64,000 nucleotides of DNA from Takakia lepidozioides (Eukaryota > Plantae > Bryophyta), in NCBI GenBank assembly GCA_030704615.1, contig CM060733.1, forward strand, positions 7,254,001-7,318,000, read 5' to 3'. The notes under the pieces are model-generated. The model was not told where the DNA came from and ran no database searches. It saw only the letters and a list, made by a program, of their open reading frames with translations. Position 1 is the first letter of the stretch. Each line of letters begins with the position of its first letter. This document shows positions 37,901 to 50,482 of this stretch, one piece after another. Made by a program: the position numbers and the translations under genes.

Positions 37901-39780
37901 GCATAGTGGATGCACGACAACTGTTTGACAAAATGCCTGAACGAGATATGTTTACGTGGACTATAATGATAGGCGGATATGCCAAGCATGGTTGTGCTAG
38001 GGAGGCTTTCAAGATGTATGAACAAATGCAAAGGGAAGGGGTGAGTCCCAACCAGGTCACCTTCATTTGCCTTCTCAATGCATGTGCCACCCTAGGAGAC
38101 CTGAAAAAGGGTAAGGAGGTCCATGCTGGGATCATTAAAGCTGGAATAGCCTCATATATAAACTTGGAGAACAGCCTTGTCGACATGTATGCCAAATGTG
38201 GCAGCATGAAGGATGCACATGAAGTGTTCAACAATATGGCTGACCGAAATGTGATCTCATGGAGTGCAATGATCGCAGGATATACTCAGCTTGGGTGCAG
38301 TAGTGAGGCTTTGGAGATCTATGAACACATGCAACAGGAAGGGGTGACTCCCAACAGGGTCACATTCATTTGCGTTCTCAATGCATGTGCAAGTCTAGGA
38401 GCGCTGGAAAAAGGCAAAGAGGTCCATGCTGGTATCGTCGAAGCTAGAATAGGGTCATACATTAAGTTGGATAACAGCCTAGTGAACATGTATGCCAAGT
38501 GCAGTGACATGGCGGACGCTTATAGAGTTTTTGACAATATGGCTGAACGAGATGTGGTCTCATGGAATGCAATGATCTCTGGATATTCTCAGCATGGGTG
38601 TGGTACAGAGGCTTTGAAGATGTATGAGCAAATGCCACAGGAACAGATGACACCTGATAGGGTCACATTCATTTGTGTTCTCAATTCGTGTGGCAGCCTA
38701 GGAGCCCTGGAAAAGGGAAAACAGGTTCATGCTGACATCCTTAAAGCTGGAATAGATACATATATTAATCTGGAGAATGCCCTCGTCGACATGTATGCCA
38801 AATGCGGGAGCATGAAGGATGCACGCCAATTGTTTGACAGTATGGCTAAACGAAATGTGGTCTCATGGAGTGGGATGATCACAGCATATGCTCAGCATGG
38901 GTGTGGGAGGGAGACCCTGCAACTATTTGAACAAATGCAACAGGAAGGCTTGAAGCCAAACAGCATCACCTTCATCTCTCTTCTGTCTGCCTGTAGCCAT
39001 GTGGGCCTACTGGCTGAAGGCTGTCACTACTTTGATTCTATGAGTCATGATCATGACCTCACCCCTACAGTGGAGCATTTTGGCTGCATGGTAGATCTTC
39101 TTGGCCGTGCAGGGCAAGTGGATGAGGCAGAGGATTTCATAAAAAATATGCCAATCAAACCAGATATTGGGGTGTGGAGGGCCTTGCTCGGTGCCTGCAG
39201 AGTTTATGGTGATGTGAAAGTAGCAGAACGGGCGGCAAAAAGCATTGTTGAGAGTGATCCACAGCATGCTGCATCTTATGTGTTGCTGTCAAACATATAT
39301 GCTGCGGCTGGTAGGTGGGACGATAGGGCAAAGGTGAGACAAATGATGGAGGTCAGGCGTGTCAGAAAGGAGCCAGGGTTCAGTCGCATTGAGGTCGATG
39401 ACCGCATACATACATTTGTTGTAGATGATAAATTGCATCCGCAAATTGAGGAAATCCATGCTGAGCTGAAGAGATTGTTTGGGCAGATGAAGCAGGTGGG
39501 GTACATGCCTGATACACGCTTTGTCTTGCATGATGTTGAGGAGGAGCAAAAGGAACTTTCTCTTTGCTACCACAGTGAGAAGTTGGCCATTGCTTTTGGG
39601 CTCATCAGCACACCCCCTGGGATGCCCATCCGCATCATCAAGAACCTTCGGGTGTGTGGTGACTGCCATGCAGCCACAAAGTTCATCACGAAGATTGTTG
39701 GGCGAGCAGTTGTTGTAAGGGATGCCTATCGCTTTCACCACTTCCAAGATGGGGTTTGTTCATGTGGAGATTACTGGTAA
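34984..39780 (+). CDS. PLS-class PPR-E-DYW RNA editing factor (paralog 2)
   Basis: Main exon 37533-39780 has KEPG (PG box), HSEKLA, CGDC and CSCGDYW. A homologous first exon ends AAAG|GTATC at about 35095. Small PDF-motif exons at 36092-36167, from 36334, 36813-36892 and from 37135. Confidence 0.9.
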
Positions 39781-40243
39781 ATCAAGCCCTTAAATGATAG
39801 AATGTGCATCCCTGAGAGTGAAACAGGCAACATGCATGGATGCAGGTGCTTTGCTGCAAACATACGGCAGAAAGGTCATAATTTGTCATTATTTTGAACC
39901 TAAAGATCCCAGAAACCGATGTTAACAGCAAATTTCCAGAGTTTGTGGTGGATCCCTTGTGTACACTTTGCTGAACTTGAAGCCATTGGGGTACGCGGTG
40001 CTGTTGTTACATGAATGAGCGATGGGTCATTTCACATACTAGGAAGTATTGCACCTGGATTCCACCACAAGGGATTTTGAGGTTATAGTTAAATCAAAAA
40101 CAGTTTTCAGTTCTGTGCACAAGTCTGATTTCACTTGCTACATGAAGGGCATATGCCACACCCTTGTAAGGCTCTTTACACTTTTATTCAGAGTCAGCTT
40201 GCAACTTTGACCTCCCAGTGAGAAGATTGATCTGTTGCTGAAG

Positions 40244-43200
40244 ATGGGAGAGGTTTATAAAGTTGGTTGCTTTTTCCTCGTTCATCGACATCTTTTCATC
40301 CACGGAAGCTCCAAATTTTTCAAATCCTCCGAGAAATCATCCCTGTTAAGGGGTGGAGGCATCCTCTTCGGAAGAGCAGGCAGGAGATTGATGGCGGTGC
40401 AATGGAGATGCGGCTTCTCAATGGCAGGGGAAGTGAAGAAAGGTATGGACTCGCAACTCTTTGTATGTAGCATTCAGTGGGTTGTGGGCGTCGGAGCGAT
40501 CCAGGCTCCAGAAAACAAGTTCACTGGATTCTGTCAGGCAAAAACGGAAGTCCCGCTTTGAAATCCAAGAAGTGAAGCATTTTTGAGCTCACTCTTTTAT
40601 GTCGGTTGCCAGTTAGCTTGGATATGAAGCACATTGCTGTGTCTCAGCTGGAGCAGGGGAGAAACAATTCCCAGCCACACTCAGGGGGTAATAAGGAGTA
40701 GAGAGAGATGTACTCGTTGGCCGTTGACTGACTTCTTCTGAGGTACTTGTCGCTGAAGGATATCAACCCTTTGCAAGTCGGTTGTGGGATTCTTTGCACG
40801 TATGTCAATCCAGTCCGAAACGGCATCATGCTAGCACAGCCAACAGCAATCCGGTACATTGTGGCACGGTAGCCTTGTGGCCATTGACCCCGCGCCCACT
40901 TTGAGCGGAACACAAAGGGACAGAAACTACCTTTGTCAGGAGCTGACGCCGGTAGTATGACTTACCTTGGAACAGACAATTGATCCGAGTTTTCCAGATA
41001 TCCTCTAGAAATCCCTTTACACAAGCATCAATCTGCTGTGTGTGATTTGCCCCACTGAAGAGAGAGAGAGAGAGAGAGAGACTAGACCAACATTTCTTGT
41101 TAGGTTACGCAATTCTGAGACGCCAAACAGTTATGTTTTAATGTGTTTGCATGCAGACCAAGCAATTAGCAGAAAGCTGCTGTGGCAGGATCATACGCTA
41201 GATCCTTCCCAGTGGTGGGACAACTGGTCTGATAGGTGGCTGTGCAGTTTTAGTTCCTAGAACAGAAAGGATTCGTTTAATGTTTGCATGCGTTTAATGT
41301 TTGCATGCAGACCAAGCAATAGCAGAAAGCTGCTGTGGGGATCATACGATAGATCGTCCCAGTGGGGAAACTGGTCTGATAGGTTGCGGTGCAGTTTAGT
41401 TCCTAGAACAGAAAGGATTCCTTCCGACTGATGCTGGTGATGGTGTACGTTTATGTACTAGACCCGATTGGTAAGTGATCTGCTATATTGTAGGTTTTTG
41501 ACCATGCGAACTCGATTTGTCGTTGATGGACATTTGTGGAAATTTTGTATGCTGGTCTATATGGAGTTTGGTTAAACCATTGTTGCTCAGCTGCACACTG
41601 GTGGTTTCTGCAGAAAAGTCCGAGACCAGCTTTCGGGCATATGCATACACATGAGGTTCTTTGGTTGACAGTTGGTGGTTCGTACTGTTTGATGAATTGC
41701 AGTGTTCTAGAAGTTTTAAAATATATTATGTAAGTTAAAGAGTTCTAAGTTTGCAGTGTTAAGATATTATGAGTGGAGTTTAGTTTGCAGTGACATTGAG
41801 TCATTTAGGATGGTAGCGTTAAATCAGGCACAATTTTTAGTCGGACATCAGACTGGTGCCAGGGGTAGCCCCTCTGCTTTTAATAGAGGACCAGGAGAGG
41901 CAGTCAACAAGAATTCTTCTGGGACTTTTGAGTGTGTGAGGACACTATGTAAGACAGGTCATCTGAAAAAGGCGCTCCACATTCTGGACCAACCAGGCAT
42001 CCAGGCAGACTCCAGCACTTATCTCTGCCTCTTGCAGGAGTGCATCAACAAGAAAGACCTAGCACGGGGAAAACAGGTGCAAGCGCACATCATCCAGAGT
42101 GGATTAAAGCCAAACATTTTTCTTCTCAACACCCTCGTCAACATGTATGTCAAGTGTGGGAGTGTGGTGGACGCTCGTGTAATGTTTGACAAAATGCCTG
42201 AACGGGATATGTTTACATGGACTATGATGGTGGCAGGATATGCCAAGCATGGACATGCTGAGGAGGCTTTCAAAATCTATGAAGAAATGCGACGGGAAGA
42301 TGTGATGCCAGACAGGGTAACATTCACTTGTGTTCTGAATGCATGTGCCAGCTTAGGAGCCCTGCAAATGGGCAAGAAGGTCCATGCAGACGTCATTAAA
42401 GTTTGGATTTTGCCAGATATTATTCTACAAAATACCCTTGTCAATATGTATGCCAAATGTAGGAGCATGAAGGATGCACTTGAAGTGTTTGAGAATATGG
42501 CTAGACGAAATGTGGTTTCATGGAGTACAATGATTGCAGGTTATGCCCGATGTGGGTGTGGTATGGAGGCTCTCAAGACCTATGAGCAAATGCAACAGGA
42601 AGGGTTAACCCCTGACAGGGTCACGTTCACTTGTGTTCTCAATGCATGTGCCAGCCTAGGAGCCCTGGAAAAGGGGAAACAGGTCCATACTGATGTCATC
42701 AAAGCTCGAATTGCACCAGATGTGATTCTGGAGACTGCCCTTGCTGACATGTATGCCAAATGCGGTAGAATGAAGGATGCACATCAAGTTTTTGCGAATA
42801 TGGCTGAACGAAATGTGGTCTCATGGAGCGCTATGATTGCAGGATATACTCAGAATGGGTGTGGTAGGGAGGCTTTTGAGGTCTATGAGCAAATGCAACT
42901 GGAAGGGGTGACACCAAACAGAGTCACGTTTATTTGTGTTCTTGACGCATGTGCCAATCTGGGAGCCCTACAAAAGGGCAGAAAAGTGCATGCCGACATC
43001 ATCAAAGCGGGAGCAGGAATTGCGTCATACATCAATTTGGAGACAGCGCTTGCTGACATGTATGCCAAATGTGGGAGCATGAAGGATGCACGTCAAGTGT
43101 TCATGAACATGGCTAAACGAGATCTGGCCTCATGGAGTGTGATGATGGCAGGATATGCACAGCATGGCTGTGGTAGGGAGGCAATGCAACTATTTGAACA

Positions 43201-44133
43201 AATGCAACAGGAGGGATTAGAGCCAGACGGTATCACATTTATATCCCTTCTCTCTGCGTGTAGCCATGTGGGTCTAGTGGACGAAGGCTGTCACTACTTT
43301 GATTCCATGAGTTGTGATCATGGCCTGACTCCTACAGTGGAGCATTTTGGCTGCATGGTGGATCTTCTTGGTCGTGCAGGGCAATTGGAAGAGGCAGAAG
43401 ACTTCATTGACAAAATGCCAATTGATCCAGATGCTGGGGTGTGGAGGGCCTTGCTTGGTGCCTGCAGAATTCATGGTGTTGTGGACGTAGCAGAACGTGC
43501 CGCAAAATGCATTGTTGAGAGTGATCCATGGCATGCTGCAGCTTATGTGCTGCTATCAAATATCTATGCTGCAGCTGGCAGGTGGGATGATAAGGCAAAG
43601 GTGAGAAAAATGATGGAGGACAGAGGTGTAAGAAAGGAGCCAGGGCGCAGCTGCATTGAGGTCGACAATCAGGTGCACACATTCGTTGTAGAAGGCAGAG
43701 TGCATCCACAAATTGATGAGATCCATGCTGAGTTGAAAATATTGTCTGTGTGGATGAAGGAAGCAGGATATGTTCCTGACACACATCTTGTATTGCATGA
43801 CGTGGAGGAGGAGCAAAAGGAACTTTCTCTTTGCTACCACAGTGAGAAGCTTGCCATTGCCTTTGGCCTCATCAGCACACCACCTGGGATGCCCATGCAC
43901 ATCATCAAGAACCTGCGAGTGTGTGATGACTGCCACACTGCCACCAAGTTAATCTCAAAGATTGTTAGGCGAGCAGTTGTTGTACGGGATGCAAACCGCT
44001 TTCACCATTTTGAAGATGCTGCACACTGCCACCAAGTTACTCTCAAAGATTGTTAGGCGAGCAGTTGTTGTACGGGATGCAAACCGCTTTCACCATTTTG
44101 AAGATGGGTTGTTCTTGTGTCGATTATTGGTGA
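40244..44133 (+). CDS. PLS-class PPR-E-DYW (paralog 3) with C-terminus disrupted by an 88-bp duplication
   Basis: Predicted exons 40244-40442, 41157-41235 and about 41809-44056. HSEKLA and CDDC are intact. The CSC.DYW codons at about 44110-44133 are out of frame. Confidence 0.85.
40860..41060 (-). mobile_element. 3' fragment of the LINE family also found at 60796-61665
   Basis: Reverse complement matches 61470-61625 (GATTTCTAGAGGATATCTGGAAAACTCGGATCA..GTTCCGCTCAAA); abuts a (GA)n run. Confidence 0.75.
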
Positions 44134-45371
44134 CATCAGTACGATTTTTGGTAAATACCAAATGTCCTAACACAATCCTAAGCAAGATTTCCTGCACTTG
44201 GAGATCTGGCCATCCTGCAGATCACATTTTCTATATGATTGTTGAACAGCCACAATGAAGTCATGGAACACCTTATGGAGGCCACTTTGGGGAATTGCAG
44301 GCGAAAGACCATGGCGAATCTCTACAGTTTGTGACACTGTCAAGAGCTTCCAATCTCCATTCTGTTCACAAGCACCCAACATGTTTTTCAGTATGCACAA
44401 CGCCAATTATTCATGATGCTATGATCAAGATCAAAGGAAATGTCAAAGCCATACAGATGATACAGGCGAATAGCCATCCAACTTCTTCCTCCACCCTCCG
44501 TCTCCTTGCGAGGAGGTAACTAGTTACGGCATTAAGCACACTCGGGGTACTTCAGACAGTGGAGGATGACGTGCGTCCTCCTGTTGTTCTAATCTGGTGA
44601 CGCCTTACATCCTCAGTAAGCCCCGCTTCATCCACCACCTACATTGTGCTCCCGGAGTCATTGTGCTGCCGGGTGACTTCTGTGAACATCACGAGCATAG
44701 CATGCAACCTTATGGGCTCTCCAGGAGGTTGTTGAGGTATATGCTCACTTATGAAATGAGTTAGATATGCATAGTGGACAAACAAACCATGCACAAAAAC
44801 CATTCGCAACACCTCTCGAATGCGTAGCTCTATGTCTGCGTGCGTGATCATTTTCTCCGAGCTTGCAAGTATGAAGAGAACAGGGATCAGATCTTCCCTG
44901 CATTCAGTGTAACCCCCTCTACCGCTAACATCCCTTGGCCTGTCCTCGCAAGCCATTCAAACAAAGGATCGATAAACTTGGAATTCAGGAAAAATGAGAT
45001 GAAAGAGTGCCGATGGAACCAGTAATCAAGGAATTGGGGTCCGTTACTAATCGATGTTGCGCCCGTGGTGCCTCCACTAGAAACTAACACTCTGGACATG
45101 GAAAAGAATATTGTTTGAGTTGATCATTCCAGTTGTGTCTGAGCTCTTGCATTTCAATCCGTTTCTGGGTCCCAAAAGGCTTGATACTCTCGCAGTTTCC
45201 ACCGTCCGAGAACACTCCGTAAGCAATACGTTTTGAGAGGTAAAAAATAGACCACTACTAAAAGTAGCTACACGGAGGTAAAATACTTAGGTTTAAAATA
45301 GAGAGCTCCAAAAATACCTTGAGCAAGAGTTTAGACACTTAGGTAGAAAGGGGCTCAGAGGCACAACGGCC

Positions 45372-46348
45372 ATGGACGCCTCAGTGTCGGGAAGATTATC
45401 GGGAGACCTGGTGGATGCTGTTTTTACTTTCTTGCCAGTTTGCAGTTTACTTCGATTTCGCATTGTTTGCAAACACTGGTGTTCTTGGATAGATTCTCCT
45501 TCATTCCGCAAGACCTCTGCAGAGATCGAAGGAGCATCTCCTCTTATCCCATCATCTGTAGTTTTTCTGGTGCATCATTCATACAATGACGAAGTAGCAA
45601 GACGTGTAGTTAATGCACAATTTTCAAGTAGATAGATGAGGTGTTCATGGTGAGAGAAACAAAGACGTCAAGGGGACTACGATCTTGGCGGGGCAATCGT
45701 GAGTATGGGGTGAAGACGAGAGATACCAGGTCAAAAGGATCTATGAGCAGCGTTTGGTTCGTGGAAAAAACACGGTGGGACCCCTCTGCGCCTTACATAC
45801 ATTTTATCACCGGTTTCTGGATGGCGTACAATTGGTGTTGAGCACAAAGGGGTTTTGTACTTTGTATTTTGTACGAAGTGGAGACTACCGAGATCTCCAC
45901 TCCCGAGATACCGGCTGCTTGCGGACAACATTGAACAAGATGTATGGAGCGAGATGCCACACATTCTTCCTTAAGTAGTCCACGAAAGTGAGGAGTTTGC
46001 ACTTGTGAAGTGTGAAGGACGCTTATTACTCGCACGAACAGTTCATGGGGATGAGTCCAACTTCGAACAATTCAACATCTTCGAACTGAACATTTCAAGC
46101 AAAGAGCGGGTCCCCTTGCTAAAAGTTCCAGTTCCTATCGTTCCAGTTCATCCGTTGGATAAAAGTGTAATATGTGGAGTGGTGCGGGGTAACCAACTGG
46201 TTATAGCGAGCATGCGACAGGGGCAGCACGTATGGGTGTACGACATGGTTCAACAAACAGTGCGAAGTTGTAAACCATTTGGAAGTTTGTTTTTTGCAGT
46301 AGAGTTTTCATTTCGGCCGGCCTTGTTGCGGACACTAGTGTTGTAGAG
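45372..46348 (+). pseudogene. F-box protein pseudogene
   Basis: LSGDLVDAVFTFLPVCSLLRFRIVCKHWCSWI..PSF is an F-box motif. Stop at 45635; the fragmented C-terminal ORF contains VWVYDM. Confidence 0.7.
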
Positions 46349-47689
46349 TTTTGCAAAGCTTGGTGTATAGGTGCGGCGTTTGCATTCACTCTTTGAGTTT
46401 GCCAATCCGTGGTGCCTCACATTTGTGGTTGCAACTTTGGTAGTGGGTCCACACTATTCTAGAATTTGCTTGTGGGTTTGAGTTGCAATCAAACCAAATT
46501 GTCGTTGCAAAAATTATTGATCATTTACTTGATATGTCGATATCACTATTATTGATATGAGTAAAGTCGAGAGTCAAGAGAAATTAATTTGAAAAAATGA
46601 CCACCTTGCAATTACCTTGTGATTCTCAATAAAGTGTGACAAAATGAAGGTAAGCATGTATCAAACCGGCATCCGAAATACCAATATAATGTCCGACACA
46701 TTTCATTAGTTATTATTTTATTAAACAATTCTTCTCATACTTATTCATTGCATTAAAAAGTTAATATCAAAACGTTCTGATTATTACAATGGTACTAGGA
46801 TTCAACCATTGCCATGAAAGCTTATCCACCTTATGTGACCTTTAATTCCTTTAATTTGATTAAAAGGGCCTCTGACCCCTTTCCTTTTTTAAAAAAAAAA
46901 CATTGTTGCCCGCCCAATGAGGATTATGCACGTGACTTCTTTTTTAAGGTAAAACAGTTTGATGTTTTGAGTAGATTAGTGGTTTGGATGGAAAAGTTTA
47001 CAAAAGAGGAAGAAGGATGAGGATGAAATGCAAAAGAGTGGGCATGAAGCCAAGAAAATGGATGGATTTTCTTCCCGACTGATATATATGGCTCTCATTG
47101 TAAGATAATAGCATCTTCATGCGCCTATGGGCCCCGCCCATAGGGTCAGCTCCTTAGACCAGTGCCCATCCACTGGATCAGCTGAAGGGTCCATTGGATA
47201 GTCTAGTCTGTTTTGGAGAGTCTCTTGAAGGGTCCATCGACTCTCAGAGTCCACTAGAGAGGGTCCACTCTGCAGTCTAGTCCATTGGAGGGTCCACTCT
47301 ACGTATATAGTGGACTCACATGCAGAGTCTGCTGGAGGGTCTGCCCAGTCCGTTGGAAGGTCGGCCGCCGCAGAAAAACAAGGACTTGGGAAAATTTCAG
47401 AAAGAACCAGTATACAAAAAATAATAATAATAATACACACTACTTCCAGAGTACCACCTAACAAGAATTGAATACCTAATCTCATGCTCATTATTTGTTG
47501 CTCTTAATCACCACACTACCCGCTACTGAAAGAACTAATGTTTTATGTGTATTACCATAGCCTCTATGCAGGTCCTCTCTTCGTTGGGACCTACCGCAGT
47601 AGACTGGCTTGCCCGGTAGACCCAACAGCAAACTGAGCCGCGGCGGACGTCCCTCCTATAAGGGTGAAACAAGCAGTTACCCACCACAT

Positions 47690-47965
47690 TTCTATGAAGA
47701 AAGAGAGGGAGAAATGGAAATCCTAGAGGAACCAACTAGTGTGAGTTTACAGGATGAAGTGGTGACTGGTTGGACAATCACAGCTGAAGTGAATGTGGGA
47801 ACTGAAGAGGAACCGAGGATGGTGAAGGTAGGGGCTGATTTGGAGCCAGAATTCTTTGAGGAAGCTAAGAGTTTGTTCATCAAATACAAAGATGTATTTG
47901 CTTGGAGCTACGAGGATCTAAAAGGGATACCACCTGAGATCTGTCAGCATAAGATTGAACTAGAA
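47690..47965 (+). mobile_element. Ty3/gypsy (Tat/Athila-type) pre-RT fragment
   Basis: EVNVGTEEEPRMVKVG....LFIKYKDVFAWSYEDLKGIPPEICQHKIEL. Confidence 0.8.
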
Positions 47966-49274
47966 CACGCATGTGCATTGAGGACATCAATGAGAAGCTA
48001 AAATCTCCTTTTGTAGGCTGGTCATTTTGACATCAATTCCATTCAAACTACCCGTGTGTTCTCTACCTTGCAATAGTTCTTACCCAAATCTATACCAACC
48101 AGATCCAAATATAAGGCAAATCTCATATTCGTTATGGTTGAAAATACCCTATTATGATTTAGTTATTTAGGATGGTTAGGCTATGGTGAGCCTTAGCTGC
48201 TTAAATCAAATTCCTCAAATTCCTTGGGTTAATAAGGTAGGCCCAAGGGGGGATTGGTATTCTGTGAGCACACTCACGTGAGCGTGAGCACAACCCACGG
48301 TCATGGGAGTTTTATGTTTTTAAACCTCGGTCATATGAGTTGTGTGTTTTCAAAACGGGATAAAACCATAAGCGGGTATAGAGGACTGGTGCATTTGTAC
48401 AGCACATCTGTGCCAATTCAGCGAGGCGAAACCTTCAGTAGTGTAGCCAAAAACCCTAAACCTGTAGTGGCGGCAGTGAATTTTCGCATTGGAGAAATAC
48501 TTGGTGATATGGGCACAAACTAAGCAATGGTGAATTTCGCACTAAGAAATACTTGGTGATATCCGACTTCAAGAGCCCACTGAAATATCTGTTACTGCTA
48601 CTAAGTCGTTTGTGGGACAAGAACAGCCAACTTCTTTGGAACAAGCTCAACAGGTTATTTCGGAAAAAGAAGGTAATGATATTATTATCACTGCCTCAAA
48701 CTGGAAGACTCCTGCTGAGATCTCTGTTACTACTATTAAACCACTTATGAGCACAAACTAAGCAAGCAATGGGTTTGCATTGAGAAATCCAATCACCCCC
48801 AAAAATCCCACAGCCAAAAGGAATGGGCGGGGGCTTGAAAACTGACCTATTCATCCTTCTAGCCACAATGTGATTGCTTCTCAGGCGTAACTTCGCAGTG
48901 CGATATTATCCATGGGTGTTTTTTTTTTTTTTTGGTAAGCACAGGACCTTAAAGTTGAGGTGAAGCCTCACCACCACTCTCCCTCCTTTTACCAAGAACA
49001 GGCCACGCCTATAGGGTAATGGTTCATCAGGTATAGGGGCTACTTGTTCTTAACGTGTGAGTTTCGCATAATTGTTAGTTTCGTCATTTCGCTGTGGAAA
49101 TCTCTTAGCCTCCATCTACCAAGGTTGTTTCCTCTGTTCTTAGCTAAGCACGCTCTACTGGCTGCATTCCCCTTTGTACCCAAGAGCCTCAGAGGAAGGA
49201 AGCAAAAACCCAGGGTAGTACAAAACTTAGTCTCACAGCCTTGACTTCCACGTCTTTGAAAATTCAACTTGTAT

Positions 49275-50482
49275 ATGGTTATGGAGGGAAAGTTGCTCCT
49301 TGGAGCTCCACAGACTCCAAGTCTAGTCGGCTGGAGCTCAAATGACGGGGTTGTTCTCATGAAGGCAGGGTGTGGGACCAAGAAGGGGTACGAAGCGTCG
49401 AATGATTCTAGACCTAGAGGCGGATTCTTGTGTATAGCCTCATCTTCTTCCAAAAGTATTCAAGGAGGCGCGAGGGTCGAAGGCAGAACTTACGGCAATC
49501 CTTCCTGTACAAAACTGAGAAGGCCAAGAATTTTGATAGCAAGAGCGGAGAATGAGAAGAAACCAGATGTGGGTCCAACGGTGAATGACTCAGAAAAGGC
49601 TTTCTTTGTAACTCCGGAATTTTGGCTGAAGGTCGCGGTCGTGGTGATGACAATCGGTTTCGTTGATGCCGGGTAAGTTTCTTTATTTCTTAGTGGTGAA
49701 GCTGTTGTATCTTTCAACGTGCAATTTCGTGGCCCCGTTTTTGGGTTGAGAGCTATGGTCGACCATAGTGACCGGGGAACGTTCTCGAAGATAATGGTCT
49801 GAAATTGTGATTAACAATCGAGCCCCACAGTCGGGAGCTGATGAAGTCGGTGGGAGTGGTCGCAGCTTGTCACTACCACCCATGAGACTGGTTGACAACA
49901 CAATGTTATGACTGCACTCTCTATGGTGCCAGTGTATATTAATTGACTTGTTAGGCATCTCAGAGCAGACTCCTCTATCTCTCTGACTCTCAATCCGTGC
50001 CTTTCTATGTGCCTCTCTTGCCTATGGAGAAGATCTCTCCCATACCTATAGTTCTGGACCGCACACCCTTTGGCCTCAAAGGCCTCTTCGAATTTCTCTG
50101 AGTTGACTGTTCACATTCAGTCATTGAAGGGTCATTGAAATATTAAATGTTGAATATCTCAACACCGGCCCCTTCAACTTATAATTCAATAATCTTTAAT
50201 CCCTGTAGCAAACTATTGTTGTCTGTTAATCAGGTTTGAAGTTTCTTGATCCATGCCACCAAAAAACTAGGAGTTGAGCTCCTTCTCATGGTCCATGTCC
50301 TCTAAGAATCTTTGTATCTTAGTATCTAAGTATCGTTGGCATGCAGGTATAGCGGAGATTGGTCCCGGATTGGGGCATTGTCAAAAGAGAGTGAGGCACA
50401 GTTGCGTGTGGCTGCCTTTGGCGTTGTTCCGCTCTCTGCTGCATTGGTGTGGGTCATAGGGAAAAACAGAGTGTCCACATGA
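49275..50482 (+). CDS. Small conserved putative plastid membrane protein of unknown function
   Basis: Exons 49275-49672 and 50347-50482 join as GFVDAG|YSGDWSRIGALSKESE..LRVAAFGVVP. The N-terminus resembles a transit peptide. Confidence 0.75.

Noticed and set aside
26202-44056. U-to-C (DYW:KP) editing factors
   Set aside because: The domains have HSE, PPG.P and CSC-DYW ends, and two have a PG box, which fits canonical C-to-U DYW domains.
48470-48790. Short duplicated blocks (GAAATACTTGGTGATAT, GCACAAACTAAGCAA)
   Set aside because: Two to three degenerate copies with no terminal structure that I can classify.
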